Positions 1 to 12,029 of a stretch of 64,000 nucleotides of DNA are shown one piece after another. The stretch's first letter is position 1, and each line of letters starts with the position of its first letter. Origin of the DNA: Macrostomum lignano (taxonomy: Eukaryota); NCBI GenBank assembly GCA_002269645.1, contig NIVC01000753.1, positions 124,001 through 188,000 on the forward strand, written 5' to 3'. Made by a program: the position numbers and the translations under genes. Below the pieces are notes generated by a model, which was given only the letters and a program-made list of their open reading frames with translations, was not told the DNA's origin and searched no databases.

Positions 1-199
1 AGGGAGGGGGAGCAGAGAACAGCGGGTCAGAGCCGGTCCGTTGAGCACCCGCAACGCCGTTTGGAGTCAGTGAGGCGGGGCTTGAAAACTGCTTGGCAAA
101 TATTGAGCTGAACTGCCTTCCACTACCAAGGAGACCACGAAGCCGAATATGGAGTAAAAACTTTTCCTTAGACTCACCATTTCCAGAGTTGTTGGCGTC

Positions 200-440
200 A
201 ATTTAGCGGCCAAGGCAAGATTTAGCGCTAATTTAGCGCCGAAGTAGAGATTTAAGCGCCGAATGAAATTTTAGCGCCAATTTAGCGCCAATTTAGCGCT
301 AATTAAGCGCCAAAGGAGACTTGGCGCCAATTAAACACCGAAGGCTAGATTTTGGCGCCAATAAAGCACCGAAGTAGGGATTTATGCGCCAATTTAGTGC
401 CAAAAGCTAGACTTTAGCGCCAATTTAGCGCCGAAGACTA
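200..440. repeat. Degenerate short-unit satellite (TTTAGCGCC/TTGGCGCC-type units, ~10-20 bp)
   Basis: Repeated tttagcgccaa, ttggcgccaa and aagcgccgaa units. Confidence 0.7.
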
Positions 441-1083
441 GACAGATTTTAACTTTCAATTTTTTTGCAAGTTTTAGCAAATGAAGATTCGAAACTTCAG
501 TACTCAAATAATTCAGTCGGCCTTTCTTGAGTTGTCTTCTGCATTTGGGTTGGCTTGAGCAAGGGTTCCCAACCCATGTTGTGCTTGTAGGCGTCCTTGG
601 CACTGCTCACCGGTCCATAACTCCCTCGCCTCAGCTCAGTCAGTTCAGCGGAATCCCCAGCAAGCAGAGCTCAAGGGATATTTGATGCATCTTGAATTAT
701 TTCGCGAGTACATCTCGTATGGCATGAAAAATGATTGATTGCTTTGAGCGAAATAAGACACCAAAAAAGCCTCCAAAAAGTTTTTGTTTAAATTATACAG
801 CCGACCATAAAACATGCCACGCGAAATGGAAACCCGGTTAATGAAAGGAGACGGTTGAGTAATGTGCGCTGGCAGCTGCTTCTTTATTGCTGCTTTTTTC
901 TTAATGGCGAGCTATATAGTAGAGTGATGGCTTCTGATGGACTGGCGAATAGTAGGACATTGTGTACTTTTATATGCAGATGGCAAGTAGAATTAAGCAT
1001 TTTAACAGCAGATAAATTAACAAGTGAGTATTAAAGATGCAAAGTGCTGTGCAAAGTGTTGGTGCAAAAGTAGGATTGCTAGT

Positions 1084-1590
1084 CTACATCAAGGATGGAG
1101 TAGAATGGACTGCTAATCTGGCCTCTACATCAATGATGGAGTAGAATGGATTGCTAATCTGGCCTCTACACATCAATGATAGAGTAGAATGGATTGCTAA
1201 TCTAGCCTCTACATCAAGGATGGAGTAGAATGGACTGCTAATCTTGCCTCTACATCAAGGATGGAGTAGAATGGATTGCTAATCTAGCCTCTACATCAAG
1301 AATGGAGTAGAATGGACTGCTAATCTAGCCTCTACATCAAGGATGGAGTAGAATGGATTGCTAATCTGGCCTCTAACATCAATGATGGAGTAGAATGGAT
1401 TGCTAATCTAGCCTCTACATCAATGATGGAGTAGAATGGATTGCTAATCTAGCCTCTACATCAAGGATGGAGTAGAATGGATTGCTAATCTGGCCTCTAC
1501 ATCAAGGATGGAGTAGAATGGACTGCTAATCTAGCCTCTACATCAAGGATGGAGTAGAATGGATTGCTAATCTGGCCTCTACATCAATGA
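1084..1590. repeat. 41-bp minisatellite, ~12 copies
   Basis: Unit ctacatcaaggatggagtagaatggactgctaatctggcct starts at 1084, 1125 and onward; no spacers. Confidence 0.95.
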
Positions 1591-2178
1591 GGGATGGACT
1601 GGATGCAAAAAAGCGGATTAAAAGCTTGGGTACAAAAAGCAGAGACTAATAGAGCAAAAAAGCATGCAGACAAAAACAGGCAAACATCAAAGCCTGTGGC
1701 TACAAAAAAATCTCAGGTCAGGTCCATTATATCGAAAAGCGTTTAAAAAAGCTGCGTACAATATCGCTTACATGCGAGGCAGGCAAATGTCTCAAGATGT
1801 CACACAAACGACAACAAAGATAACATTTTTGCCTAGATCGTTGCTTATGAGAAATTAAGACTTACTGGCGATTATGAACAATGATAGTTACAGAAACATG
1901 CGGCCACCGATATGTATAGAAAAAACACTTTTAATGGCTGAAAAAATATATAGGCTAGGAAAACTGGCTTGCATGAGCCGAGTCGCAATTTACACGGAGA
2001 CCACAATTTTTTCACAATTAAGCACCTGAGAAGACAGCGCTGGACTATAAAGAAACAAAGCCACAAACAGGAGGCGTCATGAAAGAGTGAGTATGGCTGA
2101 AGCTTCTTGAATAAATAGAAAATAGATAAAAATGGGACTGGCCCAGAGACATACAGATACGTTTTTTACAGTCTTCGG

Positions 2179-2609
2179 CACAGATACTTGTAATAACTAT
2201 ATATGCATCTATTAAGCACATTTGCGTGTAAGCTACTTACAATTCAGTAGGCAGTTTCAGTAGGCAGTTGAATTAAGAAACATTTTTTTATCTTTTATGA
2301 CAAGACTCGTTTATTGGTTCTCTAATTACCCACACAACTTTCACTGCCTCACTGCCCCCCCCCCGGAGGCCGCCGCCCATTTTTATTGCCTTGGTCGGAG
2401 TTGCTCCAGCCTAAAGCTGCCATGATGTACGCTGGCGCCGGGGCCAATGTACATTAACGGCTGCACCAATAGCAAGCTGTTTACGCTTGCAATTCGCTCC
2501 AACTGGCTTTCTTTGCGTAAAAAAGCTTACGCATTCTTCCTTGCTACTGAACTGCAAGTAGAGCAACTGCTTTACCACGTGTCCCATCAAAGTTATTGCA
2601 GCATCTGTG
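2179..2609. mobile_element. Degenerate MITE, same family as 36250-36698
   Basis: Imperfect TIRs cacagatacttgtaataact / agttattgcagcatctgtg; eroded 8-bp flanks gtcttcgg/atcttggg; internal homology to the 36250 copy. Confidence 0.7.
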
Positions 2610-2776
2610 ATCTTGGGCGCTGCTTGGGAAAGAGGGAAAGTGTACTTCATCAAAAGAAAACTATGCCGGATTCAAAAATATTATTAATGGTTTTGCAAAA
2701 AAGTCTATATCGCTACTGTCAATAGGCGACGCGAATTTTGACTAGAAAAATCCTCAAAAAAGAAGCAACAACGCAA

Positions 2777-4539
2777 TCAAAGCAGAGCCGAAGCCGACGA
2801 GGCCATGGGACCGCCGGTGGCGACTTGCAGAAGCCGTTGAAAGCGTTCCAGCTGATCCTTGACCGCGGCGGGGTCGGCGGCGGTGGTCAGCTGCTGCTGC
2901 TGCTGCTGCTGTATCTCCAGAATCATGCGCAGCGCGCTCGGCGGCGCGTCGGTGGCTGAGGCAGGCAGGATGGGCCGGAACAGGCCGTCGCTGATGCCGC
3001 CTCCAGGCTGCTGCACTGAATGGTCGGCAGTGAATCCGGGCAGCGGACTGCTGCTCAGGCTGGACGGCGCCAGGGGCCGCGGACGGGCCAGCGGAGCGAC
3101 GGAGTTGGCTCCGCCTGAGGTGGCGCTGGCGGCTGAGCTGGCGGCCGAGCAGAACGGAATCGGAGCGAAGAGCTCGGGAGCGATTGGCTGTCCGGTTGTG
3201 GGTGGTTCGAGTTCGTTGTGTACTTTGCGTAGAGTTTACCCTGTGTCCTATGTACAGTTTATACTGTGTCCTATGTACAGTTTACCCTGTGTCCTATGTA
3301 CAGTTTATACTGTGTCCTATGTACAGTTTACACTGTGTCCTATGTACAGTTTACCCTGTGTCCTATGCACAGTTTATACTGTGTCCTACGTACAGTTTAC
3401 CTTGTGTCCTATGTACAGTTTACACTGTGTCCTATGTACAGTTTATACTGTGTCCTACGTACAGTTTACCCTGTGTCCTATGTACAGTTTACACTGTGTC
3501 CTATGCACTTCCTGTGTTGCACGCATAAGATTGGCACGGTTCCATCTGTCATTCTGGTTCGCAACTCATAGCAACTCACACTGTGGCAGTAGGGCGAACT
3601 TCTCAGCGAGTGCAGAGCCGCCATCGCCAGCTGCTGCAGCGGACCGCCAAAGCCGCCGCCAGAGGAGCCGGCAGCACCTGCGGCGGCTGCGGCCGCGGCG
3701 GCGGCGGCTACGGCTGCGGCAGATGTTGAAGCCGAGTCTTCGCCTGACGACGGCTGCGACAACGGCGAGTGATAGAAGCTGGACGGCTGGGTGATGGCGG
3801 CCACTTCCTCCTCTTCGGCCATGCTTAAACTGTCGCTGTCCGGCTGCGGCGGCGGCGGCGGCTGCTGGACTGTCAGCCAGTTACTGATCGGACGGCTGAT
3901 GGGCTCTGAGGAGAGGAGGTAGAATTGCATGTACAAAGTTCTCAAAAATTTTCTGCCAGAAGGGGGCAGCTGACCTCCTTGACCTCCCCCTGGATGGCTT
4001 CCCCTTAGCAGGTAAACAGTAATCTCAAATGTCAGTGGGGGCAGTTGAGGCCAGACATCCTCACAAAAAAAAGCTTTTACTTTTCTTAGTTGCTACTCAA
4101 CTCAGTAGAGTAGTGCGATTGTCAAATATTTAGAAGATTATTATAAAAACTCACGAAAAGCCGTCAGCCGGGACGGCGGCGCGGCGAAGTCGATGCTGCT
4201 GACTGGCCGGCGCTTCTTGGGCGGCACTCGCAGATCGGCGGCGACAGCAGCTGGAATCGGCGGCGCCGCGACAGTCGCCGCAGTCGAAGTCGATGCGGGT
4301 GGCGCAGGCCGACGCCTGGACGAGGCGGCTGCCGACAAAACGGCGGAGCTCAACGGCGCCTCACCGATCGGAGCGAAGCCGGTGTGGCTCTGCGGCCGGG
4401 ACGGGCAGGCGGCCAGGGGGGCCGGCCGGCTCAGCAGGTCCCGGTAAGCCGACCACAGCTGCGGGTGCCGCGACCGGAGCAGCGCCGCGTCCTCCCCGGA
4501 GACGGGGTAGCGGTCCAGAACTCGGCCCGCGATCGGCAT
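2777..4539 (-). CDS. Orphan low-complexity protein, multi-exon (exons 4539-4155, 3905-~3580, ~3200-2777)
   Basis: ATG in a GCCACCATG context at 4539; phase-1 donor C|GTGAGT at 4155 matches acceptor ctcctctcctcag|AG at 3905; donor GTGAGT after 3580; Ala/Pro/Gln-rich open frame to 2777; the last junction is not resolved. Confidence 0.5.
3233..3505. repeat. 23-bp minisatellite, ~12 copies (probably intronic)
   Basis: gtgtcctatgtacagtttatact units; explains the Cys/Val-rich spurious ORFs. Confidence 0.95.
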
Positions 4540-4550
4540 GGTGGCTGGCG

Positions 4551-5602
4551 GGAGATTGGAGTGGGTGAGATTGGAGTGGGTGAGATTGGAGTGGGTGAGA
4601 TTGGAGTGGGTGAGATTGGAGTGGGTGAGATTGGAGTGGGTGAGATTGGAGTGGGTGAGATTGGAGTGGGTGAGATTGGAGTGGGTGAGATTGGAGTGGG
4701 TGAGATTGGAGTGGGTGAGATTGGAGTGGGTGAGATTGGAGTGGGTGAGATTGGAGTGGGTGAGATTGGAGTGGGTGAGATTGGAGTGGGTGAGATTGGA
4801 GTGGGTGAGATTGGAGTGGGTGAGATTGGAGTGGGTGAGATTGGAGTGGGTGAGATTGGAGTGGGTGAGATTGGAGTGGGTGAGATTGGACTGGGTGAGA
4901 TTGGACTGGATGAGATTGGACTGGGTGAGATTGGACTGGGTGAGATTGGAGTGGAGTGAGATTGGAGTGCAGTGATATTAGACTGAGTGAGATTGGAGTG
5001 GAGTGATATTGGAGTGGAGTGAGATAGGAGTGGAGTGAGATTGGAGTGGAGTGAGATTGGACTGGGTGAGATTGGAGTGGAGTGAGATTGAAGTTATGTC
5101 AGATTGGAGTGAGGTGAAATTGGAGTGGGGTGAAATAGGAGTGGGGTGACATTAGACTGAGTGAGATTAGACTGGTGAGATTAGACTGGGTGAGATTGGA
5201 CTGGGTGAGATTAGACTGGGTGGGATTCGAGTGGGATGAGATTGGACTGGGTAAGTTTGGAGTGGGTGAGATTGGAGTGGGTGAGATTGGACTGGGTGAG
5301 ATTGGACTGGGTGAGATTGGATTGGGTGAGATTGGACTGGGTGAGATTGGAGTGAGTGAGATTGGAGTGGGTAATATTGGACTGGGTGAGATTGGATTGG
5401 GTGAGATTGGACTGGGTGATATTGGACTGGGTGAGATTGGACTGGGTGAGATTGGAGTGAGTGAGATTGGAGTGGGTAATATTGGACTGGGTGAGATTGG
5501 ATTGGGTGAGATTGGACTGGGTGATATTGGACTGGGTGAGATTGGACTGGGTGAGATTGGATTGGGTGAGATTGGACTGGGTGATATTGGACTGGGTGAG
5601 AT
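4551..5602. repeat. 15-bp G-rich minisatellite (gagattggagtgggt)n
   Basis: More than 20 perfect units followed by diverged units; the ORFs over it are repeat artefacts. Confidence 0.97.
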
Positions 5603-6299
5603 CGAACTGGATAAAGGGAGATTGGAGAGAGGAGAAAATGATAAAGCATCCAAGAGCAGTGCGATTTCGTGCATTCTTATATTTTACTTTCTTAATCTTG
5701 CTGCTATGAGTAGTATGCTTCAGAAAAACGCAATAAAAGATTTGGAGCTCCGGATGTCGGGGAATTGGCTTGGGTAATCCAGCATTTCCGAATTGGTCGC
5801 GAAGTGATTCAACAGGCCACAATGCCTCGCTAGGCCATCTTAATGGCTCTTTGTTTTTCTATTCGGCAAATCTAGCGTGGCAACAAAGCACCTGAACTCC
5901 ACAATTAGCAGCAGATCAGATTGTGCTGGCGGGGTGGCGCTGGGAACAAAGCCTGTTTCCCCTGCTAGAAGCGGAAATTTCCTCGGGTCAGACGGTCTGG
6001 CGTCGCGACCCAGCCGGATCAGAGGGAAAGAAAGTGAAGGAAGAATTATTTGGCTCCATTTAGCGTGCCAATGCGGTTTGGAGTTTCTTCATTCTGTGAG
6101 TTTTTCCTGCCCAGAAACCGTTGGGGCGCCAGGCGGATCCGGGTAGAGCTTCTCATGAATTGTCTATCAGTGGCCTGCCGGTCTGCGGCCGCTGTCGCTG
6201 TCTGCGCGGCTCTTTGGTGACACACATCCAGCCTGCCTTGATGGCGGATTAAGTGATTGAGAAAGGCAGAAGGAATGGTGGAGTTCGGAATGGCTCTAT

Positions 6300-7190
6300 T
6301 TGGTGTTTCGGGACTCTGATTGGTGTTTCGGGACTCTGATTGGTGTTTCGGGACTCTGTTTGGTGTTTTGGGACTCTATTCGGTGCTTTGGGACTCTGTT
6401 TGGTGTTTTGGGACTCTGTTTGGTGTTTTGGGACTCTGTTTGGTGTTTCGGGACTCTGATTGGTGTTTTGGGACTCTATTCGGTGTTTCGGGACTCTGTT
6501 TGGTGTTTTGGGACTCTATTCGGTGCTTTGGGACTCTGTTTGGTGTTTTGGGACTCTGATTGGTGTTTTGGGACTCTGTTTGGTGTTTCGGGACTCTGAT
6601 TGGTGTTTTGGGACTCTATTCGGTGTTTCGGGACTCTGTTTGGTGTTTTGGGACTCTATTCGGTGTTTTGGGACTCTGTTTGGTGTTTTGGGACTCTGTT
6701 TGGTGTTTTGGGACTCTGTTTGGTGTTTCGGGACTCTGATTGGTGTTTTGGGACTCTATTCGGTGTTTCGGGACTCTGTTTGGTGTTTTGGGACTCTATT
6801 CGGTGCTTTGGGACTCTGTTTGGTGTTTTGGGACTCTGTTTGGTGTTTTGGGACTCTGTTTGGTGTTTTGGGACTCTATTAGGTGTTTAGGGACACTATT
6901 CGGTGTTTTGGGACTCTATTCGGTGTTTTGGGACTCTATTCGGTGTTTTGAGACTCTATTCGGTGCTTTGGGACTCTGTTTGATGTTTCGGGACTCTGTT
7001 TGGTGTTTTGGGTCTCTGTTTGATGTTTCGGGACTCTGTTTGGTGTTTCGGGACTCTGTTTGGTGTTTTGGGACTCTGTTTGGTGTTTTGGGACTCTATT
7101 CGGTGTTTTGAGACTCTATTCGGTGTTTAATGACTATTCGGTGTTTTCGGACTCTGTTTGGTACTTCGGAACTCTGTTTGGTGTTTTGAA
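6300..7190. repeat. 20-bp minisatellite (tggtgttttgggactctgtt)n, ~44 copies
   Basis: Direct tandem units with recurrent variants. Confidence 0.97.
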
Positions 7191-7454
7191 GCCTTTACGA
7201 GCATCTGGTGTCTTTGGACTTTCTACATGTATTTCAAGTGTTTGTCTTTCTCGCAAGTAGCTGCTAATGCTGAACCTTGAGAAGGAGTCCGGTTTTTTAA
7301 TCCTAAGAGGATTAGCAATCAGCCCCCAGTCCTCTTTGTCTTTTCTCAAGACTTTAACCATATTTACGAGTAATTTAAATATAGCACGGGTTCTGCATTA
7401 CTCAACTGAACCTAAACACGATTAGTTGGGACAGCTTCAGCCTGAGGCCTCTCG

Positions 7455-8438
7455 TCAGTCAGTCAGTCAGTCAGTCAGTCAGTCAGTCAGTCAGTCAGTC
7501 AGTCAGTCAGTCAGTCAGTCAGTCAGTCAGTCAGTCAGTCAGTCAGTCAGTCAGTCAGTCAGTCAGTCAGTCAGTCAGTCAGTCAGTCAGTCAGTCAGTC
7601 AGTCAGTCAGTCAGTCAGTCAGTCAGTCAGTCAGTCAGTCAGTCAGTCAGTCAGTCAGTCAGTCAGTCACCCACTCACTCAAGTCAGTCAGTCAGTCAGT
7701 CAGTCAGTCAGTCAGTCAGTCAGTCAGTCAGTCAGTCAGTCAGTCAGTCAGTCAGTCAGTCAGTCAGTCAGTCAGTCAGTCAGTCAGTCAGTCAGTCAGT
7801 CAGTCAGTCAGTCAGTCAGTCAGTCAGTCAGTCAGTCAGTCAGTCAGTCAGTCAGTCAGTCAGTCAGTCAGTCAGTCAGTCAGTCAGTCAGTCAGTCAGT
7901 CAGTCAGTCAGTCAGTCAGTCAGTCACCCACTCACTCAAGTCAGTCAGTCAGTCAGTCAGTCAGTCAGTCAGTCAGTCAGTCAGTCAGTCAGTCAGTCAG
8001 TCAGTCAGTCAGTCACCCACTCACTCAAGTCAGTCAGTCAGTCAGTCAGTCAGTCAGTCAGTCAGTCAGTCAGTCAGTCAGTCAGTCAGTCAGTCAGTCA
8101 GTCAGTCAGTCAGTCAGTCAGTCACCCACTCACTCAAGTCAGTCAGTCAGTCAGTCAGTCAGTCAGTCAGTCAGTCAGTCAGTCAGTCAGTCAGTCAGTC
8201 AGTCAGTCACCCACTCACTCAAGTCAGTCAGTCAGTCAGTCAGTCAGTCAGTCAGTCAGTCAGTCAGTCAGTCAGTCAGTCAGTCAGTCAGTCAGTCAGT
8301 CAGTCAGTCAGTCACCCACTCACTCAAGTCAGTCAGTCAGTCAGTCAGTCAGTCAGTCAGTCAGTCAGTCAGTCAGTCAGTCAGTCAGTCAGTCAGTCAG
8401 TCAGTCAGTCAGTCAGTCAGTCAGTCAGTCAGTCAGTC

Positions 8439-8470
<32 letters not shown>

Positions 8471-8472
8471 AG
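7455..8472. repeat. (CAGT)n microsatellite with recurrent cacccactcactcaag interruptions
   Basis: Direct reading; the 500-aa SQSV ORF is an artefact. Confidence 0.98.
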
Positions 8473-8479
8473 ACGGGCC

Positions 8480-9130
8480 GCAGAGTTCACGGGGACCGCT
8501 TTCCCTGTTCCATCCATGGTGAGCCGCTCCCTGCCGTGCGTGTCAGCCATGACTCACGGGCGGCCTCCGCGTGCCTGAGACCCCTGGGCCGCGTTTCAGC
8601 CCGACAGTTTGCGCTCTGCCCGTTATCAGGAGGCGCTCTGAACCAGGCAGGCCATCAGTCGCTTCCCAAACAAAGACTCCCTCCCCCCTTCCTGCTCGGG
8701 GAAGAAGAGGAGGGCGGGCAGCCGACCGCCTCCAACCCCTGCCTGACGTCATTTCTCAGTCACCTTTTTATAGTCCCGATTTCTTCTCCCCCCTCTCTCC
8801 CCCTCTATCCTAAGCCATTAAGTCCACGCCTGTATTGCACTGGCCAAATACACCTGGCTCCGTTTCTGCAGCCCTCTAGCCTTGGCAGGGGTAGTGGGGG
8901 GTGGGCCAGTGACACATTTATGATTTAGAGAGAAAGAGAGAGGAGACATTCCCTAAACAGGGGTCCGGCTTATTTTCCGACTCCCCCAATTCCCTTTAGC
9001 CCCCGAATTTCCCAGCTAATCCATATCAGTGCTAAGGGTCAACTGGGCGTTTATGAAGCTGCATCTTCCCCGCTGGTGGAAGCAGAGCAGTCACGTGACC
9101 TCAGTCCGACTCGAGCGTGGATGGGAAAAA
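8480..9130. promoter_or_regulatory. GC/CpG-rich, promoter-like segment
   Basis: CpG-rich; TGACTCA near 8550, TGACGTCA near 8744 and CACGTGAC near 9092; no transcript assigned. Confidence 0.25.
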
Positions 9131-9519
9131 TAAAAAACAGCCATAAATAAGCGCAATGCTGAGAGCTATTTTTAGCTATAGTCGGGGCTGAGATATGACT
9201 GACAATATCCCTTACAACAAGTAAGTGACTCACTGGCCCCCTAAACTTCATCAGTAGTCAGCATCCCTGCCTTGAGATTTGTGGGGCAGCCGAACTTAAA
9301 AAAGGTTTGATAAATTTAGTGACAACAAAGACGGGAGGGCGGACATGTTCAACAGCTGCTGCTTGGCTGTCTGTCAAGTTTCATGCCGCACTCGCAGGCT
9401 GCTTCGCTTTGGAATTTCACTGATCAGCTCTGCTTGCTGCGGTTTCAGAAGTGCAGGGGGAATGGGGAAAATTATGCCTGACCGCAGAGCCGCTGGCCTC
9501 TCATATCTATCAGATATTA

Positions 9520-9700
9520 TCTTCTCTACTGTCCACTCTACTCTGCTGCCTCCTCTCTACTCTACTGCCCTCTCTACTTTACTACCCTCTCTACTCTACT
9601 ACCCTCTCTACTCTACTACCCTCTATTCTACTGCTCTCTCTACTCTACTCTCCTCTCTACTCTACTGCCCTCTCTACTACCCTCTCTACTGTCCTCTTCA
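9520..9700. repeat. Degenerate ctcta/ctact low-complexity repeat
   Basis: Pyrimidine-rich pentamer units. Confidence 0.8.
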
Positions 9701-10062
9701 CTGTATTACTATTTCCCTTTCATCATCTTACGTCATGCTCCCTTCGCCATCAACCGCAAGATGGGTGGAAGTAGCCAGCATGCAGTTAACAGCCTGCTGG
9801 GGCCAATGTTTATATTTGCTCATAATTATCCTTCATAAAACTGAAATCCCTCCCGAATCAGGCTGCAACGTTACAGACGGCGCTCTGAAAAAACGCAATT
9901 ATTTTTCCAACGATGGTTGAACAAGCGTAGCTGGACACACAGACAGAGGGTGTCGGGTTCCTGCCCGGCAGCGGCACACAACACCTGATTGGCGGGTGAA
10001 TCAGTCACGGCTTACAACTATGGTCTGCGCTACAGATGGCCTTCGTCAACTACCTGCGAGCA

Positions 10063-12029
10063 TCAGGCATTGACCAAAACACTGGGCTGCGGGATACCTG
10101 ACACTCGGCGGTAGGGTAAGTTTGCTGCATGAATGAACTCACCGCTCATCTCCTTGCGAATGACGTCGATGGGAAACGGCGAGGCCAGCTGATAGTGCCG
10201 CATCTCCGCCGAAGACTCCGAGCAGTCGTTGAGTCGCAGCATCTCCATGGCAACGGCCATAGTTGCCGGGCTGCACTGGAAGCACAGGTGACCGGGATTC
10301 ACGCACAGGTCCTGTTCGCACCGGTGCACCAACAAACCGGTGTCGGTGCTGTCCATGGGCACGCCGTGGTACAGCATGGCGACCAGGGTGTCCAGCCGCC
10401 ACACTTTGTCGGATCCGCGCAGCCCGTCGATTCGCTTCATCTTGCCCTTGGCGTCCGGCACAGTCAGCACGCAGGAGTCGCCTCCGTCCGCTCCCAGCCA
10501 GGCTCTCGTGAAGGCCTCGCGACCTTCCGCTGGATCGGCGACCTCCTTCAGGATCTTCTTCAGCAGGTTAGCGATCACGTCCGCCAGCTCAGCCTCCGAC
10601 ATGTCCTGAGCGGCAGTATAGAGACCACCGCTAGCTCAGCGTCCCTGATGCACCCTCCCAGTCTCCCGCTACCTCCCCTCAGTGTCCCTAATGCACCCGC
10701 CCAGTCTCCCTCTACCTCCCCTCAGCGTCCCTGATGCACCCACCCAGTCTCCCGCTACCTCCCCTCAGTGTCCCTAATGCACCCGCCCAGTCTCCCTCTA
10801 CCTCCCCTCAGCGTCCCTGATGCACCCGCCCAGTCTCCCGCTACCTCCCCTCAGTGTCCCTGATGCACCCTCCCAGTCTCCCGCTACCTCCCCTCAGCGT
10901 CCCTGATGCACCCACCCAGTCTCCCGCTACCTCCCCTCAGTGTCCCTGATGCACCCTCCCAGTCTCCCGCTACCTCCCCTCAGCGTCCCTAATGCACCCG
11001 CCCAGTCTCCCTCTACCTCCCCTCAGCGTCCCTGATGCACCCACCCAGTCTCCCGCTACCTCCCCTCAGTGTCCCTAATGCACCCGCCCAGTCTCCCGCT
11101 ACCTCCCCTCAGCGTCCCTGATGCACCCGCCCAGTCTCCCGCTACCTCCCCTCAGTGTCCCTGATGCACCCTCCCAGTCTCCCGCTACCTCCCCTCAGCG
11201 TCCCTGATGCACCCACCCAGTCTCCCTCTACCTCCCCTCAGTGTCCCTAATGCACCCGCCCAGTCTCCCTCTACCTCCCCTCAGTGTCCCTAATGCACCC
11301 ACCCAGTCTCCCTCTACCTCCCCTCAGCGTCCCTGATGCACCCGCCCAGTCTCCCGCTACCTCCCCTCAGTGTCCCTGATGCACCCTCCCAGTCTCCCGC
11401 TACCTCCCCTCAGCGTCCCTGATGCACCCACCCAGTCTCCCGCTACCTCCCCTCAGTGTCCCTGATGCACCCTCCCAGTCTCCCGCTACCTCCCCTCAGT
11501 GTCCCTGATGCACCCGCCCAGTCTCCCGCTACCTTTGAAGCCCCTCCTCCGCTCCTTAGACCCCACCCGATCAGATCACAGCCTTGATCCGCCAACCCAA
11601 AGCTCACCAGGGCGGTGCTCCTGGCCTCCCTCAGTCTGGCATAGTCAGCAGGTAGAAGAGTTCGCTTCTTCTCCTTCTTGTTCCGCTTGCCTGTGCGCAG
11701 GTGTGACACAGCCTTGTACCACAGGCCGGACAGTCGCCTGGCCCGGCTCATGCACAGCACGATGGCCGCGCTCTCGCTGAGTCGGCTGTGCTGCTGCTGT
11801 TGCTGCTGCCGCTGCTGCTGCTGCAGATACTGCCGGCAGAAGTCGGACTCCGAGACGGTCCTTGCAGCTCCGACAGGCTCTTCCTGTTTAAACAAAGTCG
11901 GCGGAACTTCCCTCTCCATTCGGCAAGTGTTGCTCGTATTGGGAATGAAAGTTTCTTGGGAATAATTCGCGATGTCTTGAGCTGGCTTTGCTTTCTGCAC
12001 TAGGGAGGACTGGGGAGCAGAGCCTATCT
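10063..12029 (-). CDS. Orphan protein with a His-Cys-box / His-Me-finger (HNH-like) zinc module; exons 12029-11533 and 10605-10063; 5' exons further upstream
   Basis: Acceptor tttatttcatgtcag at 12030; donor AAG|GTAGCG at 11533 and acceptor ctctatactgccgctcag|GAC ATG at 10605 are both phase 0; motif SCVL...LVAMLYHG...VHRCEQDLCVNPGHL; poly-Gln and basic KRNKKEKKR in the upstream exon. Confidence 0.7.
10636..11532. repeat. 43-bp minisatellite, ~21 copies, filling an intron
   Basis: Unit ccctcagcgtccctgatgcacccgcccagtctcccgctacctc; the array starts at the splice donor. Confidence 0.97.

Noticed and set aside
1084-1590. Regular 41-bp repeats as a CRISPR array (also the 43-, 44- and 51-bp arrays)
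   Set aside because: Units are head-to-tail with no unique spacers, there are no cas genes, and the context is eukaryotic
3500-3590. C-x4-C-x15-C-x2-H motif as a zinc finger in ORF 3478-3945
   Set aside because: A strong GTGAGT donor after 3580 would place most of it in an intron, and the frame runs into a minisatellite
7426-8928. Long ORFs over repeats (SQSV 500 aa; IYLS 490/473/244/249 aa; GEIGV; SHPT; VFWDS)
   Set aside because: They are translations of stop-free micro- or minisatellites with no independent coding signal
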